Shown: positions 43,330-58,300 of the stretch, piece after piece
How positions within the stretch are numbered: the stretch's first letter is position 1
Layout: each line of letters begins with the position of its first letter
Source: Eledone cirrhosa
Taxonomy: Eukaryota
Assembly (NCBI GenBank): GCA_964016885.1
Contig: OZ024743.1
Span: 65,224,001 to 65,288,000 of the forward strand
Length of the DNA stretch: 64,000 bases
Direction: 5' to 3'
The notes under the pieces: model-generated
The model's input: only the letters and a program-made list of their open reading frames with translations
Database searches by the model: none
What the model was told of the DNA's origin: nothing
Translations under genes and position numbers: made by a program

Positions 43330-43725
43330 TATCGCAAAATATATACAACCGAGTTGCCGCGCAGTGGGATAGAACTAGCTACGTGATTGCAAAGTGAACT
43401 GATAACCGCACCACCATCACTGAGATCACAGCTCCGATATTCCGGATATGTGGTTAGAATGTCACAGGAAAGAATCATAGGACAGATTTTACGGGCAAAA
43501 ACCAACCGACTGGTGACCCAGGGGTAGTGTCATTGAGCAATAGTGTTGGATAACATCCAGGAGCTTGGCTGGTCTCGCTTGGAGATTCAACCGGATCGGT
43601 GGAGATGGTTGCTTCTGACAGGACCTACTGGAATGATTGTTTGAGGACTCTGCTTCACGACCCTCTCTACAAGAAGAAGAAGAAGAAGAAGAAGAAGAAG
43701 AAGAGAAGAAGAAGAAGAGAAGAAA
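43330..43725 (+). mobile_element. RTE-like LINE 3' end with (GAA)n tail
   Basis: QLRYSGYVVRMSQERI..QIL followed by (AAG)n. Confidence 0.55.
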
Positions 43726-43996
43726 TGCGTATATTTGGTTTGTTTACACGTCTATATACTAATGGTGTGTAAATTTACACACACATTTACGCAGTCTGAG
43801 TTTAGTTCTATTCTGTATATATACAGATATAACGTTATCATAAACTTTAACCGATAAGGGAACAACTTAAAAGACATATCTCAACTAACTAACAACAAAT
43901 AATATGCAAATTAGTACACCCATTTTAGGATACTGCTATAAGTGATAGGCCCGTGGGTTACGTATTTCCTTGTGGTTGTTTAGATGATGTACATAT

Positions 43997-44037
43997 CTTC
44001 TGATGAAAGTCCAACTGAGCTTGAAAATCGGTTAAAG
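43997..44037 (+). ncRNA. minimal hammerhead motif
   Basis: CTT-CTGATGA-AAG...CTT-GAAA-ATCGGT-TA-AAG. Confidence 0.55.
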
Positions 44038-44547
44038 TTGCTTAGCATTTTTCAATGTGCAGGGAAATACGTATATCCGGCATGTTTACATGTCTATATG
44101 AAAGCGCATGGTTCTGTGGTTAGAGCGTTGGGCTGGCAATTGTGAGGTTGAGATTTCGATTCTCGGACCAGGAGATGCATTGTGCTTTAGCAAGACACTT
44201 TATTTCACGTTGCTCCAGTTTATTCAGTTGTAGAAATAAGTTGCGACGTCACTCGTGTCAAGCTGTATCGGCCTTTGGACAACATCTATGGTGTGGGAGA
44301 GGGGAGACCAGTATGCATGGGCAACTGCTGGTCTTCCGTAAACAACCTTACCCGGAAGGAAACTTTCTAGGCACAAATCCCTTAGTCATTTGTGACGGAA
44401 GCGGCGGGGGTGTCTTTACTTTTTTACATCTCTATATACTAAAATGTGTAAATTTATGTCCACATTTGCGAAGTCTCGGTTACTTCTATTTTGTATGTAT
44501 AGAAGTACATCTTTACAACAACAATAGTTTGTTTAAATAATAATATA

Positions 44548-44938
44548 ATAATTGTTTCTACTTTAGGCACAAGGCCAGCAATTACCCAGTGCATTACTGG
44601 TACTTTATTTTATCGACCCGTAAGGATGAAGGCAAGTCAACCTCGGCGGGATTTGAATTCAGACGTAAAGGGACGTAACTATGCTGGAAAGCATGGCGTC
44701 CGACCTTCTACTAATACTGCCAATCCACCGCCATTAATAATAATATAATAGAAGGCGGTGGATTGGCAGTATCGGTAGAGGGTCGGACGCCATGCTTTCC
44801 AGCATCGTTACGTCCCTTTACGATCTGAGTTCAAATCCGCCGAGGTTGACTTTGCCTTTCATCCTTACGGGTCGATAAAATAAAGTACCAGTAATGCACT
44901 GGGTAATTGCTGGCCTTGTGCCAAAAGTAGAAACAATT
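44548..44938. mobile_element. head-to-head pair of family A SINEs
   Basis: 44548-44733 (-) and 44750-44938 (+), with a short AT spacer. Confidence 0.85.
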
Positions 44939-44939
44939 A

Positions 44940-45650
44940 ATAATAATATAATAATGAAATTATTGTGTACAGTGCTCAGGTGCACTACAACTCATCAAAG
45001 GTGCATGTATAGTACATAGAATAATGTACAAATGTCTGGAAAATGAACAGTGTATGAGTGATGATATACATGTGTGCGTGTGTATGGAGGGGGGGGATAT
45101 TAGGCAGTGTTGGCGAATTTCAGGAAGCATGGAGGTTTTAAAGGATGCAGTGTCTCGACAGTTAACAACTGATGCAGGTAGTTTGTTCCATGCTTCAGCA
45201 ACTCTGAACGCGAAAAAATGTTTCCAAAAGTCATAGGTGCTGTGCTCTTTTCTGACTTTGTGGGCATGCCCACGTGTGTTTGACATATGGAAATCAAAAA
45301 GGTGTTCAGGGTTGTTGTTGGCAAGATGGTTAATAATTGTGTGGGTGTTTACCAAGTCAGTTGCCAAACGTCGGAGCTTCAATGTATCTATGCCCAAGGA
45401 AGCAAGAGTTCAGAGTATGGTAGATGCTTGATGGAGGGTATTAGCTTGGTTGCATGTCTCTGAACAGTTTCCAGGCCGCACCATAGCTATATATATCTTT
45501 AAATAGATAGCTGGAGAGCGGCTGCCAAAGATCTTACTGAGTGATATTAAGACACCCTCGGCCTTCTTGACAATTTTAGAGACGTGCTTCGTCCAATGCA
45601 AATCGCTGCCGACAGTAATGCCCAGGTCACGTCTCGTAAGAAGACTTCTT
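44940..45650 (-). mobile_element. CR1/L2-like LINE RT C-terminal fragment
   Basis: RDLGITVGSDLHWTKHVSKIVKKA, YIAMVRP, RRLATDL, NTRGH, RVAEAWNKLP. Confidence 0.85.
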
Positions 45651-46866
45651 TGCATTTGGAGAAACGAAGAAAAAAGTTGTGGTGTTCATGCGTATCTAGA
45701 AACAGTAGCTTTACTGCTTCATGGAGGAAAGAAATCTCGATCACAGACCGTTCGTAACCGGAAGTGGTTACAGTCAGGACCTGGTTTAATGGGAAGTAAA
45801 AGGGATAGAGTCTTTAGAACGTCAGTAGAATGTTTTGTGGTATTCGTCTCGGCTCTCTATTCTGAGTTCAAATCCCACCGAGGTCAACAAAAGAGGTACC
45901 AGCCTTCCTTTATATCTTTTTCTCACTTCCTTTCTATCTTTCTCTGGAAGAAATCGGTTGTGTCCAGACTTTGGGAAGGACTGGATGCTGCAAGGATGAA
46001 ATGTCCACGATACGCCGTATGACTTCATCATGAGTTACTGGTCACTTTATATATATATATATATATGTGTGTGTGGCGGTGGGGTGGGGAGAGGTAGAGA
46101 GATAGAGAAGATGTGAGTGTGTGAGAGAGAGAAAGGGAGAGGGAGTGAGAGATAGATAGATAAAGAGAGATAGATAGAGAGGGAGAGGGGTGTGTGTTTG
46201 TGTGTGTGAGATAGAAGGAGAGATAGCTAGATAGAGAGACGTTGTGTGTGTTTGAAAGGGAGAGAGAAGGTGTGTGAGAGAGAGAGGGAGAGAGGGACAG
46301 TGAGAGCAAGGGAGAGAGAGCGTGAGAGAGAGAGAGGCAGAGAGGGACAAGGAGAGCGAGGGAGAGAGAGCGTGAGAGAGAGGGAGAGACAGATAGAGAG
46401 AAATTGTGTGTGTGTTTGAAAGGGAGAGAGGTGTGTGAGAAAGAGAGAGAGAGAGAGAGAAAAGGTGTGCGTGTGTGTATGTGCGCGCGTGTGTGTGTGT
46501 GCATGTGGGTGTGTGCGTGCATGTGTGTGTGTGCATGTGTGTATGTATGAGTGTGTGCATGTGTATGCATGTGTGTGTGTATGTATGTGTGTGTGTACAT
46601 GTGTGTGTATGTGTGTGCGCGCGTCCGTGTGTGTGTACATGTGTGTGTGAGTGCATGTGTGTGTGTGTGCATGTGTGCATGTGTGTGTGCATGTGTATAT
46701 ATGTGTGCATGTGTGTGTGTGTATGTATGTATGTGTGCATGTGCATGTGTGTGTGATTGCATGCGTGTGTGTGTGTGCATGTATGCATGTGTGCATGTAT
46801 GTATATATCTATATATGTATATGTGTGTGTGCGCGAGTCCGTGTGTGTGTGTACATGTGTGTGTGT

Positions 46867-46899
<33 letters not shown>

Positions 46900-47110
46900 A
46901 GTGCATGTGTGTGTGTGCATGTGTGTGTGTGCATGTGTATATATGTGTGCATGTGTGTGTGTGTGTGTATATATGTATGTATGTATGTATGTATATACGT
47001 ATGTATGTATATATATATATATGTATGTATGTTATATATATGTATATATATATGTATGTATGTATGTATATATATATGTATGTATGTATGTATATATATA
47101 TATATGTATG

Positions 47111-47152
<42 letters not shown>

Positions 47153-47156
47153 TATA

Positions 47157-47770
47157 TGTCAGGTCATCAGTTGGTGCTACTGGTAACATGTATCCCAGTA
47201 CAACCTGTCTCATGGTCGGGTCGTTGGTGACTAAACTGGCAACCCCACCCTAGGTTTCTTGGTGAGGAGGGTGACTTTGGACATCCTGCAGGACTAAAAA
47301 CAAAACCTGTCAAAGGACAAAGGAGCTCTTAAGAGTCAATGGCCATCCAAAATCACCGGGAGAGATGACCCCTTAGCCTTTGTCAAGGCAGAATTCTAGG
47401 AGAAGGAAAACTCTGATATAACACCTGCAACCCTGATGGTATCCAATGATGTTGACTTGTTCTTCTTTTTGGTAAATATCATCTTGGTTAAGAGAGTGGG
47501 ACTGGCTTTGTGCAGTGCCTTTTCTCACTATAAAGGCTTCACGGCACAGGTATTGCTTTATATCTGGAGATCTCTCTGCACTTGTCATCACATGGTACCA
47601 TGGGCCCAGCACTATGTGTCAATAATTGTCACAAGTGTAGTGTTTGTACCAGAGTTTTCAAGTCGCTGACTGGACTAAAAACCACACTCGTTCAGCGCAT
47701 CGGTAGGGGTTCTCCTACATGGATATAAAGTAGTGGCCGTACTCGAAAACGAGTTGGCAGCCACCATGTA
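47157..47770. mobile_element. interspersed repeat (probably retroposon-derived); inverted partial copy at 39241-39320
   Basis: 47437-47519 is largely the reverse complement of 39241-39321. Confidence 0.5.
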
Positions 47771-47947
47771 TATATGTGTATGTATGTGAGATGTATGCTA
47801 CCACACATCTCACAGTCTACATTACACTGTTCAATCAGTTCACACTGTAATTCACAGTTTTACAATGGTGAAATTTAATATTTTGTCAAATGTATTATAT
47901 TTTTTCTCTCCGTAATTATTTACAAACAGCAATGACAACACCACGTT

Positions 47948-48146
47948 AGTTGTTGTTGTTGTTGTTGTTACTGATGTTGTTGTTGTTGTTGTTGTTGTTA
48001 CTGATGTTGTTGTTGTTGTTGTTGTTTATTGATGTTGTTGTTGTTGTTGTTGTTACTGATGTTGTTGTTGTTGTTACTGATGTTGTTGTTGTTACTGATG
48101 TTGTTGTTGTTGTTGTTACTGTTGTTGTTGTTGTTGTTGTGGTTAC

Positions 48147-48192
<46 letters not shown>

Positions 48193-48430
48193 ACTGATGT
48201 TGTTGTTGTTGTTGTTGGTGATGCTGTTGTTGTTGTTGTTACTGCTGTTGTTGCTGCTGCTTCTGTTGTATCTAATTTGGATTCGTTTTCTTGTATTTCA
48301 CAAAATATTTCTTCAAGTCACTAATTTAGATTCATTTGACTATTACTAACTGGAAATTTTCTACTCCCTCCACATATATATATATATACATATATACATA
48401 TATATACATATATACATATATACAAAGTAT

Positions 48431-48477
<47 letters not shown>

Positions 48478-48626
48478 AATATACACATATATACATATAT
48501 ACGTATATACATATATATATAAATATACACATATATACATATATACATATATATATTTATATGTATATATATGTATATATATATGTATATATATATAAAT
48601 ATACCCATATATACATATATACATGT

Positions 48627-48704
<78 letters not shown>

Positions 48705-48785
48705 ATGTGTATATATATATATGTATGTGTGTATATATATATATATATATACATATATGTGTGTGTGTGTGTATATATATGTATG

Positions 48786-48817
<32 letters not shown>

Positions 48818-48830
48818 AATATATACATAT

Positions 48831-48881
<51 letters not shown>

Positions 48882-48888
48882 TACATAT

Positions 48889-48934
<46 letters not shown>

Positions 48935-50793
48935 GTGTATATATATATATGTATGTGTATATATATATATATACATATATATGTGTGTATGCGTATATAT
49001 ATGTATGTACACACACATATATATATATATATCTTTTTTTTTTAAACCGACATTTTTTCAAACTTCTCCAATTTATTTTATATAATATTTTTATTATATA
49101 TTTTATTTTTTTATTTTAGAAAAAAAAAAAAATTCAAATATATATATATATAATATTCCCCCCCCCCCCCCCAAAAAAAATGAAAGAAATATGATAATTT
49201 TTCTGTTTAATCAATCTATTTTTTTATGGTGTTAAATATAACAATTTTTGAGAAAGCTCATCAGACAAACTCTGTAAAAAGTTGATTAAGAAGTGAAGAC
49301 AACACAACACAAGGATGTTTTGTGTTTCATTTTTATTTCAAACCTATTATTTGTCAACACTAAAAAACTTAGTCTAATTGGATACCAACGTAGATTTTTA
49401 CTGCTGCTTCTCTTTGTGGGAAAAAACTGTTGTTTATTAAATCATTTTTGGTGGTGGTGTGTTGGTGGTTGTTGGTGGTGGTGTGTTGGTGGTTGTTGTT
49501 GGTGGTGGTGTGTTGGTGAGTTGGTGGTAGTGGTTTTGGTGGTGTGTTGGTGGTAGTGATCTTGGTGGTGGTGTGTGTGGTGATGGTGTGGTGATGGTGT
49601 GAGTGGTGGTGTGTTGGTGGTGGTGTGTTGTTGTTGGTGGTGTGTTGGTAGTGGTGTTGGTGGTGTGTTGTTGTAGGTGGTGTTGTTGGTGGTGTGTTTG
49701 TGGTTGGTGTTAGTGTTGGTGGTGGTGGTGTGTTGTTATTGGTGGTGTGTTGGTAGTGGTGGTGGTGTGTTGGTGGTAGTGGTGTTGGTGGTAGTGGTGG
49801 TGGTGGTGGTGTGTTGGTAGTGGTGGTAGTGGTGTTGGTGGGGGTGTGTTGCTGGTGGTAGTGGTGTTGGTGGTGGTGGTGTTTTGGTGGTGTTGGTGGT
49901 GTGTTGGTGTGTTGGTGGTTGTGGTGTTGGTGGTAGTGGTGTTGGTGGTGTGTTGGTGGTAGTTGTGTTGGTGGTGGTGTGTTGGTGGTGGTAGTGGTGT
50001 TGGTGGTGGTGGTGTTGGTGGTAGTGGTGTTGGTGGTGTGTTGGTGGTAGTGGTGTTGGTGGTGGTGTGTTGGTGGTGGTGGTATTGGTGTTGGTGGTGG
50101 TTGTGTGTCGGTGATTGGTGGTGGTGGTGGTGTGAGTGGTGATGGTGTAGTGATGGTGTGAGTGGTGGTGTGTTGGTGGTGGTTTGTTGTTGTTGGTGGT
50201 GTGTTGGTGGTGGTGGTGTTGGTGGTGGTGGTGTGTTGTTGTTGTTGGTGGTGTTGTTGTTGCTGGTGTGTTGGTGGTTGGTGTTAGTGTTGGTGGTGGT
50301 GGTGTGTTGGTGGTGGTGTTGTTGTTGGTGGTGTGTTGGTCGTTGGTGTTAGTGTTGGTGGTGGTGGTGTGTTGGTGGTGGTGGAGGTGTTGTTGTTGGT
50401 GGTGTGTTGGTGGTTGGTGTTAGTGTTGGTGGTGGTGGTGTGTTGGTGGTGGTGGTAGTGTTGGTGGTGGTGGTGGTGTGTTGTTGTTGGTGGTAATGTT
50501 GTTGTTGGTGGTAGTGTTGGTGGTGGTGGTGGTGTGTTGTTGTTGGTGGTAGTGTTGGTGGTGGTGGTGTGTTGTTGTTGTTGGTGGTGGTGTGTTGGTG
50601 GTGGTGGGTCTTAATATTTTCTGGAGGTGGTGTGGGTGGGTTAATATCTTGGTATGCTTTTACAATTTTGTTTTTGTCATTGTTGATGTTGTTGTTCTTG
50701 TTCTTGTCGCTGATTTTGTAGTTTTTGATGATGTTGTTGTTGTTGCTGATGTTGTTGTCGACGATATTGTTCTTGTTGATGTTATTGTTGTTA

Positions 50794-50835
<42 letters not shown>

Positions 50836-50862
50836 ATGTTATTGATGTTATTGTTGTTGTTT

Positions 50863-50907
<45 letters not shown>

Positions 50908-50921
50908 ATGTTATTGTTGTT

Positions 50922-50952
<31 letters not shown>

Positions 50953-51042
50953 ATTTTGTTGTTGTTGATGTTGTTGTTATTGTTGTTGTTGTTGTTGATT
51001 TTGTTGTTGTTATTGTTGTTGTTGTTCTTGTTGATGTTGTTC

Positions 51043-51085
<43 letters not shown>

Positions 51086-51150
51086 AGATGTTGCTACTGA
51101 CGATAACGGTGACGATGACGATGACGATGAAAGCGATGATAATGGTGATG
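47948..51150. repeat. compound simple-repeat block: (GTT)n, (TA)n/(TACATA)n, (GGT)n/(GGTGT)n, (GTT)n
   Basis: Direct inspection. Confidence 0.9.
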
Positions 51151-51183
51151 ATATATCTACATACTTGATGTTTGTTCGGTAAA

Positions 51184-51915
51184 TTATTAATATCATTATT
51201 TTAGCAGAATCTGTAGAACATCGGACAGCATGCTTTGTGGGATAGAGTTACGTCCCTTTACGTTCTGAGTTCAAATCCAGCCGAGGTTAGCTTTACCTTT
51301 CATTCTTACGGGGTCGATAAAATAAAGTACCAGTAATGCACTGGGGTGGATTTAATCGACTTTCTCCCCACCCCATAAATTGCTGGCCTTGTGCCTATAT
51401 AAGAAACCATTATTATTTGGATATAAAGCTAACCTCGACTGGATTTGAACTCAGAACGTAAAGGGACGTAACTCTATCCCACAAAGCATGCTGTCCAACG
51501 CTCTACAGATTCTGCTAAAATAATGATACTAATAGAGGGTCAAACGCCATGCTTTCCAGCATAGTTACGTCCCTTTACGATCTGAGTTCAAATCCCGCCG
51601 AGGTTGACTTTGCCTTTCATCCTTACGGGGTCGATAAAATAAAGTACCAGTAATGCACTGGTGTATTTGCTGGCCTTGTGCCTAAAGTAGAAACAATTAG
51701 TATTTGGATTGGCAGTATCGGTAGAGGGTCGGACACCATTTTTTGCAGCAGAGAGTTACGCCCCTTTACGGTCTCGTTCAAATCCCGCCGAGGTTAGCTT
51801 TACCTTTCATTGTTACGGGGCCGATCAAATAAAGTACCAGTAATGCACTGGGGTCGATTTAATCGTCTTTCCCCTACTCCCAAATTACTGGCCTTGTGCC
51901 TATAGTAGAAATGAT
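51184..51915 (+). mobile_element. cluster of three family A SINEs plus an inverted head copy (51424-51534)
   Basis: Repeated B-box and body; 51184-51295 is inverted at 51424-51534. Confidence 0.8.
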
Positions 51916-52335
51916 TATTATTATTATTCCTTTTTTGGCGTGGTGTGGTGGTGGGTGGGAGGGTTGTTTAGCATTCTATTTGTTTTGTATGTTTGTTGTT
52001 TTGTGTCAGCCCTCCTCCCTGTGAAGCCCTCCAAATGATTGACAAGTCCTTACATCTGTAATTGCAGTTTAATGAAAAGATCAACTAAAAACTACGTAAA
52101 ATTGGTCCCTTTTTTCTTGTAATAGAGGACCCATTTCCTGACATAATGACTCCCAGCAGATGTTTGATAGGCACTGCTGCTAAATCTGTAGGATCACCAG
52201 ATTAGGAGGGATTAACTCATTGCTTTTACTTTTCCTCTTTAATTCCTTCTTTCTTTCATTCCATCATTTTTTTTTCTGGTGGGTGGCGGCTCAATCTTTC
52301 TTCTTCTTCTTCTTCTTCTTCTTCTTCTTCATTTC

Positions 52336-52439
<104 letters not shown>

Positions 52440-52795
52440 TATATATATATATAATTACCAACGGTACGAGAGAGGGTTAGTTTTACCATTTCTCCGCCAT
52501 TACTATATCACTATTGTCTACAGAACTGCCTTAATGAAGACGCTAGCTTCATTAGATTTCACGTAATTACATAGTAAGAACTAACTTTCTAATAAAATGT
52601 CGCCTGCTTCTTTTTGTCAAATCTTTAAACTCATTGAACCTTTCACTTTCTTTCATTTCTTTCTCCTTTCGTCTCCCTTTCTCTCTTTCTCTCACTCTCT
52701 CCCTAAATATATGCCTCCTTCACAATCTCTCTATCTCTCTATCTATCTGCAGTCTGTCTCTCTGTCTCTCTCTCTATATATATATATAAATACAC

Positions 52796-52826
<31 letters not shown>

Positions 52827-52831
52827 ACCTA

Positions 52832-52871
<40 letters not shown>

Positions 52872-52894
52872 AATACACACACATATATATATAT

Positions 52895-52942
<48 letters not shown>

Positions 52943-53144
52943 TTCTCTCTCTCTTCCTCCCTCTCTCTCTTTCCTGCTCTCTATATGTCTCATCACCTCC
53001 CTCTCTTTCTTACCCTTTCTCTTACTCTGTTTCTTTCTCACCCCTGTCTCTTTATTTGCTTCCCACCGTCTCCCCCTCACTCCTGTTCTGTCTCACGTCC
53101 ACTCTCCCTCTCCCACTTTCTCTTTTCTTTTCCCCTTATCCCTC

Positions 53145-53605
<461 letters not shown>

Positions 53606-54030
53606 CACGCCCCCTCACCTCTCTGCAGTCATTGTCAATTATTCTTCTTTAAAAACCACCACAGCAATATGTGATGTGAGGGAGATTTAGCTACAGTTTC
53701 TATCAGACTCTCATCCCATACAAACAAACCCAACTTACTATGGCGTTTAAATGTTACCGGCTTTATTACGTAAGAAAGCATGTAACATTCACACAGAGAA
53801 ATCAATAAAATCGATTACATATATTCCCCCCACCCCGGGACATATTTCAACATATTTTAATAGTAATGTTATACAATATAATAGATCAATGTTTGTATTG
53901 CTAATGTAAAGTTATAAAAATAAAAAAATGTTACCTAAGAAAATCTATAATACCTATTGTCAAAATGTCGTCGTAAGACAGTTTTTTATTTCTTTCACAC
54001 TTTCTGTTGCCGGCAAGATGTGTGAGTGTA

Positions 54031-54246
<216 letters not shown>

Positions 54247-54309
54247 CCCTCTCTCTCTCTCTCTATATATATATTTATTAAAATAACAGATTAAAGTTTA
54301 TATATATAA

Positions 54310-54725
54310 AATTGAATATACAAGAGAGATAAAGACGAATATAAACATACATGTGTTCGAATTGTAAGGGACCAAGTTCGCTAGGGTGAAAAAAATACTA
54401 ACTATAACAATATGGTTTGCCAGACTTTATTTAAAGTAATAAATCAATATAAGTTTGTTCCTCTTTTTCTTGATTTATTACTTTAAATTAAGTCTGGCAA
54501 ACCATATTGTTATAGTTAGTATTTTTTTCACCCTAGTGAACCTGGTCCTTTACAATTCGAAGACATGTTTGTTTATATTTGTGTTTATCTCTCTTGTATA
54601 TTCAATTATATTACACGGCTCAGAAAAACTTCTTTCTTGGAGCTATTTAATTGTAAGAGACTATTTCGAGTTTCTAACTCAATATCTGATATATATTTAT
54701 ATACATATATATATTTCTATTATAC
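54310..54725. mobile_element. fold-back element (arms about 54310-54447 / 54470-54610) with right-hand tail
   Basis: Inverted arms; TA flanks; no intact hammerhead core. Confidence 0.7.
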
Positions 54726-54726
54726 A

Positions 54727-54878
<152 letters not shown>

Positions 54879-54882
54879 TGTA

Positions 54883-55731
54883 CACGAGGTGTGTCAGAAA
54901 AGTTCCAGGACTGATGTCACAAAAGATTTATTTCAAACCCAAACTTCACACTAAGCGCTTTTCCATCCTTTTCTGCCACGTTTGCATGCACTCCTGGAAG
55001 GATTCTTCCGGGATCCTCCGCAGTTCTGTCGTCACGGCCTTTTTGATGTCGTCCACGTCTTCAAAACGGGTCCCCTCCGGGTCGTACTCGAAGATCCATG
55101 ACTCATCACCGGGGATGACTGTCCCTAGTAAGTCTGGTTCGGTTTCAAGACGCTCGAGGATGTCCTGGCACACTTGCATGCGTCTACCCTTCTGGTCATC
55201 GTTCAGCAGTTTTGGCACCATCTTCGCGCAGACTTTCCGCATGTCCAAATCTTCAGTGAGAATCTTCCAGACGCTGTCCCGATTCATGCCCAGCTCATTT
55301 GCCATCAGTCGAACAGTCAGCCGACGATCGCTACGCACCATCTGCCTGACGCGCTCAACGTTGACCTCAGTCCTGGTTGTTGAGGGCCTTCCGCTCCTGG
55401 GGTCATCTTGCACCACTCAAAAACACGTGAACGTGACATCGTCTCATCTCCATACACTTGCTGCAGCAATCCCAGTGCTTTTGACGGAGTTTTCCCCAAC
55501 CGTACCAGAAACTTCAAGTTTGTTCGTTGCTCTGTGCTCATTGCTTGACGACCTGAAACAGAGGACATATATATAAGATTATGAAGAAAAAAGTTTGATC
55601 GCTGCAGAGAGCTAAGATTACAGTTACATACTCCAGGGTGATTACTTTGAAGGAGAAAACTCTTAGTGTGAAGTTTTGGTTTGAAATAAATCTTTTGTGA
55701 CATCAGTCCTGGAACTTTTCTGACACACCTC

Positions 55732-55734
<3 letters not shown>
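54883..55734 (-). mobile_element. internally deleted mariner transposon
   Basis: About 72-bp TIRs (ACGAGGTGTGTCAGAAAAGTTCCAGGACT...). Transposase remnant 55541-54946: [36 protein letters not shown]. The second and third catalytic Asp regions are deleted. Confidence 0.92.
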
Positions 55735-55826
<92 letters not shown>

Positions 55827-56159
55827 TATATATATATTTATATATATATATATATGTATGTGTACACACACACACACATATATATATATTCACTGGGGTC
55901 GATTCTTCTATATTTTATGGAAGAAGTCAACTGTGTTTAGACCATAGAGAGGAATGGGTTCCGCCAGGTTTGAAATATCCAAGACTCCATCAGAGGTTAC
56001 GGGGTCATGACCAAGGCATATATGTATGTATTTTATAAATACATACATATATGTATATATAACACACACACACACACATGTATATATATGTATACATGTA
56101 CACACATATAAGTATAGATATATATACACGTACATATATGTGTCTGTATGTGTGCGTGT

Positions 56160-56278
<119 letters not shown>

Positions 56279-56304
56279 CAGATATATAGAGAGAGAGTGA
56301 GAGA

Positions 56305-56575
56305 GAGAGGTGACGTAGATGGCCGTGTAAGGGTGTATATATATATGTATAGTTAAAACAGAAAACAAAAACAATAACGAAGAGTGCAGTACAAAGTGTT
56401 AGTATTAGGTTCACGCTTGAGAGTGGGGTGGGGGACGACGTTTCGGGCATAAGCTCTTCATCGGGAGAAAAGTGGGAAGGAAAAGAGTTCCGAGGATGTG
56501 AGGGGGAGTGGTGGAAAGACATTAAAAGGCGGAGGGGGAGAAGGGAAGGAAAAAAATTAAAAAGAGGGTAAAATA
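56305..56575 (-). mobile_element. PLE-type end, same family as 1-580
   Basis: CCGATGA-AGAGC-TTAT-GCCC-GAAA-CGTC and a shared tail. Confidence 0.6.
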
Positions 56576-57033
56576 TATATATATATATATATATAGCAAA
56601 ACTTGATACCATGTGCGTTTAGCCACTTTCAACCCTGCATTGAGTGAGATTAGATGATTTTGAAATTTTCTCACTGATGATCCTTTTGAAAATATCTAAT
56701 TTCGCCGTTATTTAGTGAAATGTATTCTGATTTTGTGGAGAATACAAATGAGGAAAATATATTTGATCGTTATCAGTTATTTTGTTTTAAACTTTTTATT
56801 AGATTTAATAAGACTCTCAATGAATTATGTAGTCTTACTTTCAGTCCAGATTGCCTCTAGTTCTAAGTTTTGATATGTCTTAGTGCAAATATATTTCAAT
56901 CACTTTCTTATAATGATTAAGGCTCGATTTTATTCTCTGAATTCTATCTTGAGCTGTTTTAAGAGACAAAACTTATGTTTGATTTTGTATCATTCATGAC
57001 ATTCTTTACTTTGAAAGTAACAATAATAATAAT

Positions 57034-57106
<73 letters not shown>

Positions 57107-57127
57107 GACATATATATATATTTATAC

Positions 57128-57158
<31 letters not shown>

Positions 57159-57530
57159 GTGTATGTGTGTGCGTTTCTGTGAGCGTATGTATGCATGTAT
57201 GTGTGTGTGTATGTATGTGTGTGTGTATGTGTGTATGTGTGTATGTATGTGATGTATGCGTGCGTGTGGGTGTGTGTACAGGGAGCAGATGTGCTTCAGA
57301 AAGAACATGCTCATGAAAATCCGAAATAAACAGAATATAAACAGAACATATGTTAACATACTTTTGTTAAGAGAACATTAAAATGGAAGACATAAAATCG
57401 AAATAAGTCGATGTAGTTTTGTACCAGAAAGTATAGTGAATGTGTAATTATATATTTATACACGTGTGTGTATGTGCGTATATTTATATCTATACATATT
57501 TACACACACACACACACATATATATCTATG

Positions 57531-57570
<40 letters not shown>

Positions 57571-57571
57571 T

Positions 57572-57645
<74 letters not shown>

Positions 57646-57699
57646 ACCTCTTTCAGCCATCCGGCTGAGGCCATGCTGGGGCAACGCCCTTGTATATAT

Positions 57700-58109
57700 A
57701 TATTCAAAATATTAATAAATGAAGACGTTCACATAATCAAAATATATGTTTTATTATATATATTTCGGAGGTACTGTGCTGCTTTTTCAGTACGTCTTCA
57801 TCAGATAAAATACATAAATTGATGTACGACATACCTCAACTGTCTTGATGGTTTAATTTCAGTCTTGGCAGAGCCAAGGTATGTCGTACATCAATTTATG
57901 TATTTTATCTGATGAGGACGTACTGAAAAAACAGCACAGTACCTCCGAAATATATATAATAAAACATATATTTTGATTATGTGAACGTCTTCATTTATTA
58001 ATATTTTGAATAATATTAATAACTCCAGAAAACTTCTTTGTTGAGTGCTTTGAATCTATTGTAAAAATATATTCATTGAGTAATCAATGAACCTTATTCA
58101 CATTTGGTT
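57700..58109. mobile_element. head-to-head fold-back with hammerheads (arms 57700-57836 / 57877-58012)
   Basis: Inverted arms, right-hand tail, TA flanks. Confidence 0.85.
57903..57964 (+). ncRNA. minimal hammerhead motif (mirror at 57749-57810, minus)
   Basis: TTTTAT-CTGATGA-GGA.GTACTG...CAGTAC.TCC-GAAA-TATATA-TA-ATAAAA. Confidence 0.8.
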
Positions 58110-58189
58110 ATATATACATATATATATACATATATAGTTAAAGAATGAAGATTAACATGGTTGGCTGTACAATAAGGGCTTTATTTAAA

Positions 58190-58300
58190 GTACTGATAAT
58201 TGTTTCGTTGATCATGTGGGTCTAAAGTTCGCTAATCGCTTGAGGTTGTGTTATTCGATCTCCAATACATTATTCACCCCTGGTCAACTCATCAGAGTAC
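58190..58300 (-). ncRNA. hammerhead motif with expanded stem II
   Basis: GTACT-CTGATGA-GTTGA...TCAAC-GAAA-CAATTA-TC-AGTAC. A related truncated fold-back lies at 41983-42127. Confidence 0.7.

Noticed and set aside
46028-49119. YI/HT/CV/LS-rich ORFs here and throughout the window
   Set aside because: They are translations of (TA)n, (CA)n and (CT)n microsatellites.
56670-56702. CTGATGA...GAAA as a hammerhead
   Set aside because: No stem I or stem II pairing; probably a chance match.
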